Below, piece by piece: positions 40,724-54,937 of a stretch of 64,000 nt of DNA. Position 1 is the first letter of the stretch; each line of letters opens with the position of its first letter. Position numbers and translations under genes: made by a program. The notes beneath the pieces are model-generated. The model worked only from the letters and a program-made list of their open reading frames with translations, did not search any database and was not told the origin of the DNA. Source of the DNA: Octopus sinensis. Its lineage: Eukaryota. Location of the stretch: assembly GCF_006345805.1 (NCBI RefSeq), contig NC_042998.1, forward strand, positions 81,592,001 through 81,656,000. The letters run 5' to 3'.

Positions 40724-40874
40724 TGATAACCACTAATTGTCACGTATTATATTTATAGATAAATTCCTCTATTTACATAATATCGAGTTCTTATTCATTC
40801 TTTTGTTGTCATGTTACTATTAATATATATAAATTTTTTATATATATACACATATATATATATATGTATATATG

Positions 40875-40928
<54 letters not shown>

Positions 40929-41054
40929 ATATATATATGATGTTGAACGTTACAATCAATATTCATATAAATATATATAATATTCCTTATTAAGTAGTTG
41001 TCCTTAATTGCAAAATATATATAAATATATATATATATATATATTACAAAGTGT

Positions 41055-41360
41055 GGAGGCGGTCGTGGGATCGCGGTGTCGATTCCCAGACCGGGCATTG
41101 TGAGTGCCTATTGAGCGAAAACATCTAAGGCTCCACGAGTCTCCGGCAGGGGTGGTGGTGAACCCTACTGTGCTCTTTCCCTGATGCCAAGCTGCATCGG
41201 CCTTTGCCTTTCCCTTGGATAACATCGGTGGTGTGGAGAGGGGAGGCAGGTATGCGCGGGTGGCTGCTGGTCTTCTATAAACAACCATGCCCAGACTTGT
41301 GCCTCGGAGGGTAACCATCTAGGTGTAATCCCATGGTTATTCATGACCTAAGAGGGTCAC
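41055..41360 (+). mobile_element. SINE family C (head partly deleted; 3' part differs from the 41600 copy)
   Basis: GTCGATTCCCAGACCGGGCATTGTGAGTG..TTGAGCGAAAACATCTAAGGCTCCACGAG is shared with the reverse complement of 41785-41870. Confidence 0.7.
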
Positions 41361-41599
41361 AACAAAATATTACAAAGAGAAACTATAGGCTATCAGCTTT
41401 TATCATTTTATAAAACTTGTAATGTTTTTGCTTTAAAAACAATGAAAAACATTTATATTTCGGGAAATGCTTCATGTAAACTATCTAAACTCACTAAAAA
41501 AACATTCAAACAAGTTGTACGTATATCCACTCATCTACACGTTCGCCCACACGAGAATAGGTACATGTATCTTTATATATATATATAAATATATATATC

Positions 41600-41904
41600 A
41601 CGTCATCATCACGTGACCGACCAGGCCATCAGATGTTGTTACACATCGCTGGTCACAATGCGTTCGCATTGTTTTAGCCTTCAAATGACGCCACCCCGCT
41701 GGCTAAGCGAGCAGGCCAACAGAAGAAAGAGTGGGGGAAAGTTGTGGTGAAAGAGTACAGCAGGGATCACCACCTCCTGCCGGACCCTCGTGGAGCTTTT
41801 AGGTGTTCTCGCTCAATAAACACTCACAACGCCCGGTCTGGGAATCGAAACCGCGATTCTACGACCGCGAGTCCGCTGCCCTAACCACTAGGCCATTGCG
41901 CCTC

Positions 41905-41905
<1 letters not shown>
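41600..41905 (-). mobile_element. tRNA-derived SINE family C
   Basis: Minus head GGAGGCGCAATGGCCTAGTGGTTAGGG (A box)...GGTTTCGATTCCC (B box). Confidence 0.85.
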
Positions 41906-41952
<47 letters not shown>

Positions 41953-42037
41953 TATATCTGCACACACACACAAGTACGCACACGCACGAACACACTTATA
42001 CACACTTACACACACACTTACACACACACACACACAT

Positions 42038-42088
<51 letters not shown>

Positions 42089-42599
42089 GTGCAAATATCA
42101 GGTTAATGTGACAGAAGTCTATTTAAGATAAATAGAAAATAAATACATCACGTTTTTGCGTGATTCGAAAGTTTATTGTTTTCGGATGAATAGAAAACGA
42201 AATTTAAAATGTTTTTAATTAATAATCAAAGTTTAAGATAAATTTTATGTTTAGCATGTATTTTTAACGTAAGACACATTATTGGTTTTATAATATCTTC
42301 ATTTTACATCTCATTCTGCCAATGCGCGGCCAAGAAGCACTTAAGTATTACATAATATTTAGTTCGATGCTTACTCATCTTTGATAACCATATTTGTGGT
42401 AGAAGGCCAAAAGTTTTGAGGGATGAGGTTAGTCGATATAATAGATCCTATTACTTGACTAGTACGTTACTTCATCGACTCAGGTAAGATGAAATACAAC
42501 ATTGACCTTACAATGATTTGAACACATAATGTAATGATTCTAAGTTATACAGCAAATAATTTTGTCTGATGCTGTAACGACTCTGAAAATTCACCCAAC

Positions 42600-43245
42600 G
42601 TAGAGACTGAAGAATTCCTGAGAGTAGTGCATGACCAAAGCGTGGGCACCAGAAATTAGAGGAATGAATAAGGAAGAATGTCATGAGTAACGACAAAATC
42701 TGTACCAATGAGGGAAGAAATATTCAACCATATTAAATAGGTTTGTCTAGTGTTAGCCAGTTAAGAATACGCCCACAGGAATGAGAGATATAAGACTTAC
42801 ATAGGCTAGGACACGTACCAACTCTATGAAAGATTAACAGAAAAGAAAAATGGCCAACATGAAAATCATTGCAACCATATGCTTGGATATGTTAATGTAG
42901 AGAGATAAGGATATGAGAGTTAATCGCGCAGGAATTTTTTAAAATTAAGGACCAGAAAAATCAAAGCCTTTTACTCAACATATTATTAGTCTTAAGAAAT
43001 AATACGATGTCTCTAAAATAGATGGAGAAATTATACACATAAAAAGATATGGGAAGAGAAATAACATATATATGGGGCCTGAACATAGATATAATCCCTA
43101 AAATATTGGGTTATTTGGGAAAGGTCAATAAATTCGATACATACCTAAACAAAACTATAACCTCGGAACTTACGGAAATGCATGTCGTGAAGTAAATAGC
43201 ATTACTACACACTGCACTGATATTACATTGAGCACATCGCTATAC
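42600..43245 (+). mobile_element. Highly decayed R4/Dong-like LINE 3' fragment
   Basis: Remnants of the IQHI...C..LA..EY..H zinc-knuckle region, IIP.ILG.LG and IALL.TA.IL. Confidence 0.5.
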
Positions 43246-43324
43246 AGTAAGAATAACATATCCAAAAGAAAACAGTGCACGTACTCATAGCACTGAGAGT
43301 TGCCCTCTATAGAGCAATGAATTG

Positions 43325-43880
<556 letters not shown>

Positions 43881-43924
43881 TAATAATAATGATGAGGATG
43901 ATGATGATGATGATAACAATAATA

Positions 43925-43956
<32 letters not shown>

Positions 43957-43972
43957 AACAACAATAATAATA

Positions 43973-44004
<32 letters not shown>

Positions 44005-44038
44005 TAATAATAATAATGATAATAATGATGATGATGAC

Positions 44039-44075
<37 letters not shown>

Positions 44076-44129
44076 ATGATGACAATAACAATCCTTTCTA
44101 TACTATCTACAAAGGCCGACAAAAACATG

Positions 44130-47018
44130 ATTGTGCATTACAAAACATGAAGGCCAAATTGGAGCTGCATAAAGTGTCGTGTAAAAAGATAATCGCAATG
44201 AAAAATATAAGAAAGAAAATGCCTTAAAGAGACAAGCAACTCATGGAGACCTCACGAAAAATACACATGCACTCCGACCATTAGCGCAAGAGCACTCTCC
44301 CCATCTTTCTCTCTCTCTCTCTCTCAGCCTTGGTAACTCAAAAGTGCATGCTCAAAGTAGGCTATTCGACACGGACCATCTTTGCTACGTTCACCCACCT
44401 TTCATCAAATTTGCTGGAAGTCAGCACTTCTCTCTCAATCTTCACTTTCCATTTCAGATAGTATCCGAATATGTTGATAAGGGGGTAAGCCAAAGAGAAA
44501 AGACTCTGTCTTCCGCCCTTTCAGTCTAGACCACCACACAGCTTCTTTCGTTACAGCCACGAGACAGATGAAAAATGCCTTCCTTTGACGGCCAAAGGAA
44601 GGCGGCGGGGCAATCTTCATGATGGAATCAGCCGACAAGCGGACATGTCCTACGCGTGACAGCAAGTGTTCGACATATACCCATATATCAGTTATGCTTA
44701 AGCACGTCTCCGGCAGGTCTGACTGACGGTACTTCCGTGCCTGCAGAGTTCATCTCGAACAAGGAAAACCTGCCAGGCCAGCGAATTTTGGGTGTTGTCC
44801 ATAGGCCGTAGCACGAAAGTCCTCCGGGAATGACTGGTGAGTTGAAATTCTCGATGTCTAGTGTCTCCCCAGGAACGTCGTCGGTTTCTTTCACCACTAA
44901 CACTCTATACAACGCCATAGGAGAACTTCCTATAACTGCATTGCCCAACTGGCTGAGGAGCGTATGGCACCTTTCGATACTCAAGGTGCCATACGCCCAC
45001 CCTCGGTCTACGCTTGAGCCAAGATTGTAGTTCAATCAAAGAGACGAGCTGCGGAAAAGTGAGTCTGACAAACGTCTACCACATCTGCTCACCGTCGTCG
45101 AGGAGACGCTGGATGCGCCGCAACCTCAGCGCTTGTCTGCGCATCAATAGCCATGGCATACCCAGTCCATCGTTTGCTGTTAGCAAATGGAGCGCCTGAC
45201 CAGCGGAGTCCGTCCCTTACATGAGAGGCAGAAAAGCAAACGCTCCAGCTTGACGAGGCACGAATTGAGGCAAGGTACAACGGTGAGGTGGTAGTATATG
45301 ACGGAGGCGACGTATGTGTTCGCCACCTCTACTCGACCGTCCAAGGATAGCTTCCTCTCGGGCAATTTCTGGGTGAGACTGGCTACCCTACCCGTCACCT
45401 CGCTCCAATTTTTCTACAGTTCGATGTCCGGTCCGAACCAGACTCCAAGAAATTTTACGGGCCCGACCGTCCAAAGTCCTTCAACGCTATCGGTCGGCAA
45501 GGATCTGCTTCTCTAAGTCTCGAGCTGAAGGCCCACCCACTTTTCAGGATTAATCTTTGCGCCCGTCACTTCCTCGTATTCTTTCACAGCAGTTCTAACC
45601 AGGTCTATTTGCTTGTCGTCCGATAATATGACGGTGACGTCGTCTGCGTATGCTGATACACTCTCGACGTCTCCAGTTTCCGAGGTAATCGCTCGAGTAT
45701 CAGTACATACAGAAGGGACAAAGTTGGGTACCCTTCACGGTCCGAACGCACGATGTTGAATGGTTCCGATATGTTACCATTCACCCGGAATACCGAGCAG
45801 ATGTCGCTGTACATGGCAGCGATCCAGCCACGGAAACCAGACCGAAACTGGTCCCCTTGAGAACAGCCGTCATGAGAACAGCCTCCAGATAGTGATAGTC
45901 ACCCCTATCAAAGGCTTTTGGCTGATCTAAATTGATCACAACTCCACCCACACTAGGTTTCTTGACTACCGTATCTACGATGTAGCACATGAGGTAGATG
46001 TTGTCGTGGATGGACCTGTTTGGGACAGTGCATGTTTGTGCATCTCCAACAAGTTTCTAAACAACTAGCACCAACCTCTTCAATAACACCGCTTCCCTAA
46101 CGCCAAAGTTTCATGTCTGCGTTAAGCAGTGATGGACCTAGAATTAAATAATACCTCCTTCTTGTTTGGATCATTTCCCAGCATTAGCACTGCTCCTCAG
46201 CTCACAGATTTGGGAATTCTCTGATTCTGTTGCCAGTTGCACTAGATATCTGCCAAGAGGCCTGCAAACAAGTCTGGCATACTAGGATAAGCTCGTAGGG
46301 CAGACCATTAAATCCAGCGACATGCCCCCCCCCCCCGCGTGCGGCCCATTACCTCGTCCCTTATTTCCTCAGTTGTAATCTGGTTTTCGTTACACTCCGC
46401 ATCTCTTGCTGATAGTCGTAGCAAGCCATCGTGGTAGGCAGTGAAATTTGTCATGCGATCTGGCTCACCGTTCGTCCCAAGCAATTCGGCAAAATGCTGC
46501 TGAAAATCTGCACACATTTGCTCCGACTCATTCACCGTGCGCTCATTTTGGTCCACCAAAGACCGAATGGTGTTTTTATTGCCATTTTGCGCCTGAACCA
46601 CCCGGGCCATTTGGGCAGCTTTGGTTCCCTCTTGTCTCAGAGTATGTGCCTTAGCTCTGATAATGCAACCTTGGTGCTTCGCGTTGAAGTGTTGATCGAG
46701 GGCCAACAATGCTCTCAGCACGTCAGTTGTAAAGCATTTCTTAAGCGCCTCTTCTAACTTTCTCACTAAATCAACCTGTATTCTATTTCTTTCTACAACT
46801 AAAACTTTGCTAAACCAAACGGATTCTATTTTGTTGGCACTTTTTATATTATACCACCATATATTGTTAACGATTCCCCCCTCCACCGTCAAAGCTTTCT
46901 GAAGTAAATCTTTAAGGTGGGTACCCTTCACGGTCCGAACGCACGATGTTGAATGGTTCCGATATGTTACCATTCACCCGGAATACCGAGCAGATGTCGC
47001 TGTACATGGCAGCGATCC
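44130..47018 (-). mobile_element. Tx1/L1-clade LINE, 5'-truncated, degenerate ORF2
   Basis: GLPYE, CTVPNRSIHDNIYL, INLDQPKAFDR, R.G.P.LS.LLYVL.LE, SAYADDV, LSLDGRVEVANTYVASVIYY. GC-richer than the flanks. Confidence 0.85.
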
Positions 47019-48053
47019 CAAACTGAAATAAGTGTTGCTATGTATGGTCACATTTCCTCATACTAAACATGCAGCTTCCATATTTTTCGATGTGCATATG
47101 TAAAAATAGCAAAAAAGAAGGACTACAACTGAAAAAGCATTTAATAGAATTTCGTTTCAGGCTATATACATATATTGGCTTCATTTTGTTTTCTCTTATT
47201 TTTCAAAAGAAAAACAGATTGTTAGTTTTAATCATGACTATTGTCTCAAACATTTCACAGATATTTTTGCTGTATAACCTCACCGAAGAAAAAACGATTG
47301 TTAGTTTGACTTCTATAGAATATTGTTTATAATTCATAACGCAGAAATGAATTCAAAGACTGGCATCATAAAAACTATGAAATAGATAACAGACTTCTCC
47401 AGACTTTGAAAATATATTCCCCTTATCTAGCATAACTATACTAACTCAAATAGTGATCATGAAGTGGAATATTAACGGCATTTGTTTGTTCTAACTGTCA
47501 TTCTGAGATATCGACTGTAATATGGATACACCTAAATCTATTTCTAATTACTTTAGTGTTAAGAGTAAAGTAAGAGAATAAATATTCTGCGGTGTTCAAA
47601 TCAATTGTAATCTAAACATGAATAATTTCAAATTAAATTGTTTATTTCTGTCTTTAAACATTTTCTCTGTCGATAAAGTAAGAATAGATTTTACAACGTC
47701 ACCTTGATCAAATAATTGCTAACATTTAATTGAAAGCACATTTTGATTACAAATGTCTTTGCGCTATACAGTCGGAATCATCATAGATATTCGATACTGT
47801 CAAATGCATTGCACAATGTTTATCTGAGTGGCTGAGTTACTTGTAAAACTATTGGAAGAAGACATTTTATTGATAAACTTTAATTATTTAGATGTTTTTA
47901 AATAACGATATATTTGTCATTTACAATATCGTTAAAAATATATATGCAGATAAGCATTCAGTATATTTACGTAACTAAACATACATAGATACATACATAC
48001 ATGAATACATACATACATATATATATATATATACATATACACATATATATATA

Positions 48054-48133
<80 letters not shown>

Positions 48134-48139
48134 CGCCTG

Positions 48140-48450
48140 ACATATGGTAAATGAAAGACAGAAGATGGAAGATGCAAGAATTTTTCTTAATCACGTCAAT
48201 TGTTTCGACACATCTAGCATCCATCCCTCACGAGTGGGATATTTAGCAACTGGTTCAAGAGCATCCGGCAGTGCAGATGTGTCTCTTTGGGTTGTGATAT
48301 AGCTCGTTAACTCATTAAAACAACACTTCCGCAATATATCTTCTCAGTTCGTGTAAAGAAAAGCAGCAAAACAAAGCATATATCTTCATGTATATAGAAG
48401 ATCAAAAATAAAATAACAGATGCAAAATAGAAACGAACACGCAATACATA
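48140..48450 (-). mobile_element. HHR-bearing PLE-like element (family of 24660-25040), decayed core
   Basis: Minus 48190-48298: AUCAC..CCAAAGA-GACACAUCU...AGAUGUGUC-GAAAC-AAUU-GAC-GUGAU. Abuts (TA)n. Confidence 0.6.
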
Positions 48451-49875
48451 ACAATTTATCTATAATCATACTGTATATAGAAATATATTGTTACACAGTG
48501 GGAAAATTCTTATAAGACCTACTGCCTTGTCTACTAGAAAGATGAACTGTGCCTTGATCTCCAAACAATACTTGATTATATTCTTTCATAAAGGTCAAAC
48601 CACATTATAGAAGCTGTTGAATTCAAGGTCAATATCCATTCGGATGTAATCTAAATAAATATTAACAACCTCAATGAATCCTGGTAGCTCCCGATGAGAT
48701 ATCAGTAACCTTCCTTAGATGAAATGAAGCTGTGTTCATACATATCGAGTAATACGTTTATAACCACTGAAATTTCACATGCTTTAAACAGCTGACCGTA
48801 AATTTAAGACATATGGTTCATTTACGAGCAGAGAATACTATAGGGAAAATTTTGCTAAATACAATAAAGTTTAAGTGAGACATGGTGTGCCCCAACGAAA
48901 TCACAGTTGAACATCTTTCATAATATTGCATTGAAAACAAAGTAGGGGGTAGCCTTGAGACTATGGTAGAAAAACAACAGGGAATAGCATTTTATTTACG
49001 ACACCTAGTAAACTTGTACCAGCAATCATTCAGTGGAATGACTGATAGACTAATGTCATTGACTTTATCAGGGACAGTGTAAAAGTACATAATTTCTAAC
49101 TCGGCACATTATATCAGTTGGTTAAACTGATATAATATACATAGCTTCGTAGAGAGCTTAATGAATTCCACGAAAGTTTACTAAAACAATCAATACTATT
49201 ATTTCAACAGTAAACGCATTTAGAGATCCGATGAAGAAATTCTGATCAAAGTACTGCTCCTTGATATGTAGTGTGGCAGCTAAAGTGGAATCTGGCATTA
49301 TCACAACAAAGGCATTCCGTTCTGTTCTCTACTATTTGACGATAAAGTGATTTCGTTCTACTAAATACTGTAAACAATGCTGACAGTTATAAAAATGTGA
49401 GTACTTTTTGATTATCTATCATAAAGGTAAAAGCCGGAAAGAGTGAATATAGACTTTTACAGCAGATAATGTCAGTGAAAATATTATCGTGAATTCCGGG
49501 AAAGGCTAGCGGGTATAACGTTGTATTTTGGAAAAACAGAAACACAAATCTAACCAGTTTCTTTGATGATGACTCAAATACAAGATGAATATCGAGAACA
49601 TATAAAGCTTCTGTGAGAAGAAATCTGCAGTAACGCTGTTGCACTACCGAATTTAACATTATCAAATATTTTTAAAAATAAAAAAGAACAAATATACGTT
49701 GCACAGGTTCCTCTCCAAAAAGTAGTTTCGGATGTGGTTTGAAAGAGTTCAACAACGTCAATGTATTATTCATCACCTGAATGAGAAAACTATATTTGTA
49801 TGTCGGTGTGTGTGAGTGTGTATGCGTGTGAATATGTGTCTATTTGTATATATATATATATACAAATACGCATAT

Positions 49876-50038
49876 ATTTCACCACCTATTTCGGAATTAG
49901 AAGCTTTTGAAAACGATCTTTTCGAGATTATTAGAAGAATTAAATTCCACAAATTCAACAACCAAATCCAGAAAGATATGAAGGAAAAAACTGGAGACAT
50001 AAAGAATTTGGATAAGATCTTCGTAAACTCCGACAAAC
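49876..50038 (+). pseudogene. PLE ORF N-terminal fragment
   Basis: PPISELEAFENDLFEIIRRIKF...NQIQKDMKE...DIKNLDKIFVNSDK matches the pre-RT region (ADK motif) of GLYRDDGL-type PLEs. Confidence 0.65.
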
Positions 50039-50094
50039 AGCGGAAACCGTCCTCATCGTTTGAGACGCTAACAGGCGGGTGGTGGGGGTCATGT

Positions 50095-50892
50095 TTTAGG
50101 TTGGCATCTTTGGTGATATGATGGTCGGACTATGAAAAGTCCCTGATGGCATTAAGATGACATCCGAAACTCTTACTTTCTTAAAGGACAATTTCCAACC
50201 ATGGTTCAAAAAAGAAAACTTTCAATCATGAGAGAGCTGGTCTTCATGCAACGAAGAATTCTAAGGTATACCTGCAGCAAATAGGATTCTCTGGAGGTCA
50301 TTTGACTGAGTGGCCACCTTGTTCCCCTGACTTAAACCTAATTGAGAACCTGTGGAGTGTCCCGATGAGGCTCGTTTACCAAGATGGACGGCAGTTTTCA
50401 AGTAAAGTTGTCCTCTGGGATGCTATTGTAGGTGATGCTCAAAGCATGACACAGGAGGAAATAATCACCTTGATAAATTCGATGGATCAGCGCGTAAGGA
50501 AGGTTATTGCATGTGGAGGATCATATGTCAAACATTAGAAGCTGTATGACAACGTAATCCCATGATTATTTTCATTTGAACGTAATATTGGGTTTATAAC
50601 TAAGCCCTTTATGAATAGGTTTTTGTTAAGCCTTTATTGTGGGATTAAATAAATGTTTGTTCTGATACAATTATCACTTTCATTATAATTGCCTAATAAT
50701 TTCTAACAGTGTAAATGTTGCCCAATGACAAACATGGCCGCCATTCGTTGGCGTCTGCGTAGATCCGAATTATTTTAACAGAATATGCGCAGATAGGTGT
50801 TGTGAACACTCAATGGGAAAACAACTGGTTTTGAACGAATATGCATTCATTTATTGAGAGAAGGTTGATTTGCCTAATAATTTGGGACTATG
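50095..50892 (+). mobile_element. Tc1-like transposon right half (transposase C-terminus plus right terminal repeat)
   Basis: ORF 50302-50538 contains EWPPCSPDLNLIENLWS...LINSM..RV..VI..GG. Direct repeat TTGCCTAATAATTT at 50689-50702 and 50870-50883. Confidence 0.8.
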
Positions 50893-51439
50893 TGTGTGTG
50901 TGTATAATGTTACAATAAAAACCACAAATCTTGTGAAATATAACTACGCGGGGCTTCATTAATTTTCTCGCCATTTTTCCAGCTGATAACAAGACCGTTT
51001 GTCAGTTAATTTACAAGCCGATGACGTTTGTACAAGGAACGTTCATTACCAAGAAGACAAAAAAAAAAACAAAAAAAAAAAACAACAAAAAAGCAAAACA
51101 AGGGCGATAACCAACGTTAAAATAAACAAATCGCAAAAAGTACGTAAACCAAGTGTCTGGCGGACCATTTCAAAATTACGCCAAGAAGTATTTCGTAAAA
51201 TGCAGAAATAAAGAAAAAAAATATTTCCTGGAATTTACGTAGTAGTTGGAGGCTCGCAAGTTCTTTAAAAGATAAGGTTTTCCAAGAGAACATATTGAAT
51301 TCAGACCCCAATAATCGAAGACTAGTCACACGCTTGAAACTCTGCGTACCAAGTAGTCTGAATCAAACTACTTTGATCTCTCTCTCTCTCTCTCTTTATC
51401 TCTCTCTCCCCCTCCCCCCCCTCTCTCTCTCTCTCCCTC

Positions 51440-51483
<44 letters not shown>

Positions 51484-51659
51484 CAACAACTATATACGCG
51501 TTTCTGTGTATATGCCTCTATATGTGGGTGTACATACATCGGTGTTTAAAAGAGGTTCAACTTACATTTTGTTACTTGTAGCAAATCGTGCCAATGGAAA
51601 ATCTATATTCAGATAAGAACCTATTTAACCTTGTTCTGAACGAGATAAATATTTGGTAC

Positions 51660-52036
51660 TATGGTAGGCACAAGGCCTGAAGTTTTGTAGGAGGGATATT
51701 GTCAATTACATCGACCTCAGTGCTTGACAGTTACGTATTTCAACGTCCTCGAAAGGATAAAAAGCAAAGGTGAACTCAGCGGATTTGAACTCAAGATGTA
51801 AAGACGGACAAATGAGATATTAGATTCGAATTTTCGTACAAAGCCAGCAAAGTCGGAGATGGAGTTTAATTCCATTACATTGATTCCAGTGTTTACTTGG
51901 TACTTATTTTATTGACCCCAATATGACGAAAGGCAAAGTCGATATCGTGAAATTTGAACTTAGATCGTAAGGACTCACGAAATGCTGCTTAACATATTTC
52001 CCGGCCTGCAAACGATTCCGCCAGTTCGCTACCTTA
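51660..52036 (-). mobile_element. Two decayed SINE family A-related copies
   Basis: GGCAAAGTCGA..., ATTTGAACTC and TACTTATTTTATTGACCCC blocks. A similar pair lies at 39790-40115. Confidence 0.65.
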
Positions 52037-52481
52037 AAAATGAGATAAATATTAACTAGGAACTCTAGTTCTGAATTCAAGCCCCCTTATTAATATTCTT
52101 GTTTCTCCTCAATGTTCTAGTTTCAAACCGCAACATGTTTCCGAGAAAATTTCCACTCTTTTTGCGTCAAGATATAGATGATTCAAACGTATAGATTTTA
52201 TTTAAATCCATTTAATTTCCTACGCAATTCCATCCCACGTATTTACGTGTGAGAGTATTATTTAGATTAATAGGATTTAAATTATAGTTTATACTTTAGA
52301 CAAGAATGATAAAAACTTCATGCAAATTTCATGCAGACATTGTACTCGGCTTTAGATGTTATTCAAAAGAAAGTTTAAGGTTTAGTCTAAAGTAATATGA
52401 TGTAAAATTTCTATACATACATTGATATGTTTATTTAATACAGAGGATTAAACTATAAATTCATGATTAATAAAACTCTTG

Positions 52482-52526
<45 letters not shown>

Positions 52527-52579
52527 CGTATATATATATGCACAAATATACATACGTATATATATATATGCATACATAC

Positions 52580-52727
52580 CGTGGTAAAAAGCTTGCTACC
52601 CAACCGCATGGTTTCGGGTTCAGTCCCATTGCGTGACACTTGGGCAAGTGTCTTCTACTATTGCCGCGGGCCGACCAAAGCCTTGTGAGTGTATTTGGTA
52701 GATTGAAGCTGAAAGAAACCAGTCGTA

Positions 52728-52782
<55 letters not shown>

Positions 52783-53077
52783 TGTGTGCATGTGTGTGTG
52801 TGTGTGTGCGTGTGTGTGTATGTGTGTGTGCGGGTGTGTGTGTGTGTGTGAATGTATGTATGCGTATGTCTGTTATTTGTATCTGCGTTTGCCTCTCCAC
52901 CACCACCATCACTTGACAACCGATGTTGCTGTTTTTACGTCCCCGTCACTTGGCGGTTCGGCAAAGAAACCGATAGAATAAATCCTAGACTTACAAAGAA
53001 TCAGTCCTGAGGTCGATTTGTTCGATTAAAGGTGGTGTTCCAGCATGGCCGCAGTCAAATGACTGAAACAAGTAAAA

Positions 53078-53080
<3 letters not shown>
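52580..53080 (+). mobile_element. SINE family B with expanded internal microsatellite
   Basis: Collinear with 60956-61360. Confidence 0.85.
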
Positions 53081-53111
<31 letters not shown>

Positions 53112-53648
53112 ATTGTATTCATGATCGTAAAATTTTCCATTCCTGGACCGTGCAATACGTTGGGTTTTGCTTAAGAACATTGCTGCAATGCACTTGGCTC
53201 GCAGAAATGAGTTGTACCTGTAATTCAAGGGGGCACTTTTTTCAGACTCTGTATCAAACTGAATCTCCCTGAGAACTACGTTATGGATACGTGAATCTGT
53301 TGAGTGCTCATCCACTTTCACGTCAATTTCACGAACAGCCTGTTCTGTTGATCAGATCAACAGAAACCCTATCCGTCCTATCAGACAGAGTGCCATTTAC
53401 TCTGCCGTACTCGAATTTAATATACATATTTTACCGAATGTTAATTCCATTTACTGTTCAAGGTTGTGAGCTGCAAGAATGCTTAACAGAATTTCGCCCA
53501 GGTTTATGCTCTGAGTTCAAATTCCATCTTTTCGAGGTCGATAAAATAAGTGCCAGACGAGCATTAGGATCGATGCTATTGACTTGCCCCTTACCTCGAA
53601 ATTGCTATCTTGTGCCAAAATTTGAAATCCGTATATATAAATATGTGT

Positions 53649-53713
<65 letters not shown>

Positions 53714-53761
53714 GCGTGTGCGTGTGCGTGTGTGTGTGTATGTGTGTGTGTGTGTTTATTA

Positions 53762-53798
<37 letters not shown>

Positions 53799-54503
53799 TA
53801 ATATATAATATAATAAATATACACATGCAATATATGTGAGTATGTAGGCCTGCATTATAGTTGATAGCTTTTGGAAAATCAATAATCTGTGGTCAAATAT
53901 ATTTTCGTTATTACGTGGATAAATTGTATTACAAACTATTTGAAATCAAATACACTGTGTATGACAATATGTTGTTGCCATGATGACTTGAAATGGAATT
54001 TACATGATTATAAATCGCATTACATTGAAAGAAAATGAGATGAATGCTTAAGATCTCGAAAGTTATGTAACTGGCACTACGTCAGTTACGACGAATACAT
54101 CAGTTTATGCGACCAACAGAATAGACAGCTCGAAAACTTAACGTGCAAGTGGCTGAGCCATACACAGACACGCGCATCCATAATGTTCTAAGGGAGATTC
54201 AGCGTGCACGATCTTATGGTTGTAACCCAATTACACTTGAGGTTTAGCCACGCACCTTCTCCAGGCATATTGTAAACTACAATACACATGCATACATACC
54301 AATGTCCTCCCACTAAATTTTTTTCCCACGACAGTTCCGGACCCCAGTAATGAACCCATTTTCACAAAACCAATCAGAGGTCACCTTGGCCTTGTCAACT
54401 TAAAAGTGTTGCCATTCAAAGCGGTGTTTTAAGTCGACCGATCGCTAGGTTATGCCTGATTTTAGGAGACAAGTAATTAAATAGGTTTGCATCTATACCT
54501 ATT

Positions 54504-54937
54504 GCTTTATTACCCACAAGGGGCTAAACACAGAGGGGACAAACAAGGACAGATATAAGTATTAAGTCGATTAGATCGACCCCAGTGCGTAACTGGTACT
54601 TAATTTATCGACTCCGAAAGAATGAAAGGCAAAGTCGACCTCGGCGGAATTCGAACTCACAACGTAACGCAGACGAAATACCTCTAAGTATTTCGCCCGG
54701 CGTGCTAACGTTTCTGCCAGCTCGCCGCTTTACCGTATGTTACCGTATGTTAATTCCATTTACTGTTCAAGGTTGGGAGCTACAAGAATGCTTAACGGAA
54801 TTTCGCCCAGGTTTATGTTCTGAGTTCAAATTCCATCCTTTCGAGGTCGATAAAATAGGTGCCAGACGAGCATTAGGATCGATGCTATTGACTTGCCCCT
54901 TACCTCAAACTTGCTATCTTTGTGCCAAACAGGTATA
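54504..54937. mobile_element. Composite insertion: SINE A (minus) plus a copy of 53431-53620, inside a 19-bp direct repeat
   Basis: GTTTGCATCTATACCTATT at 54485-54503 and 54938-54956. 54740-54929 duplicates 53431-53620. Confidence 0.75.

Larger units (their letters stand above)
40540..40825. mobile_element. Fold-back PLE-like element with two mirror HHR motifs
   Basis: Palindrome 40540-40750 with a one-sided tail to ~40825. Homologous to 1260-1420. Confidence 0.75.

Noticed and set aside
41830-41905. tRNA-like sequence (also at 60956 and 31538)
   Set aside because: These are SINE heads continuous with SINE bodies and do not form a complete cloverleaf.
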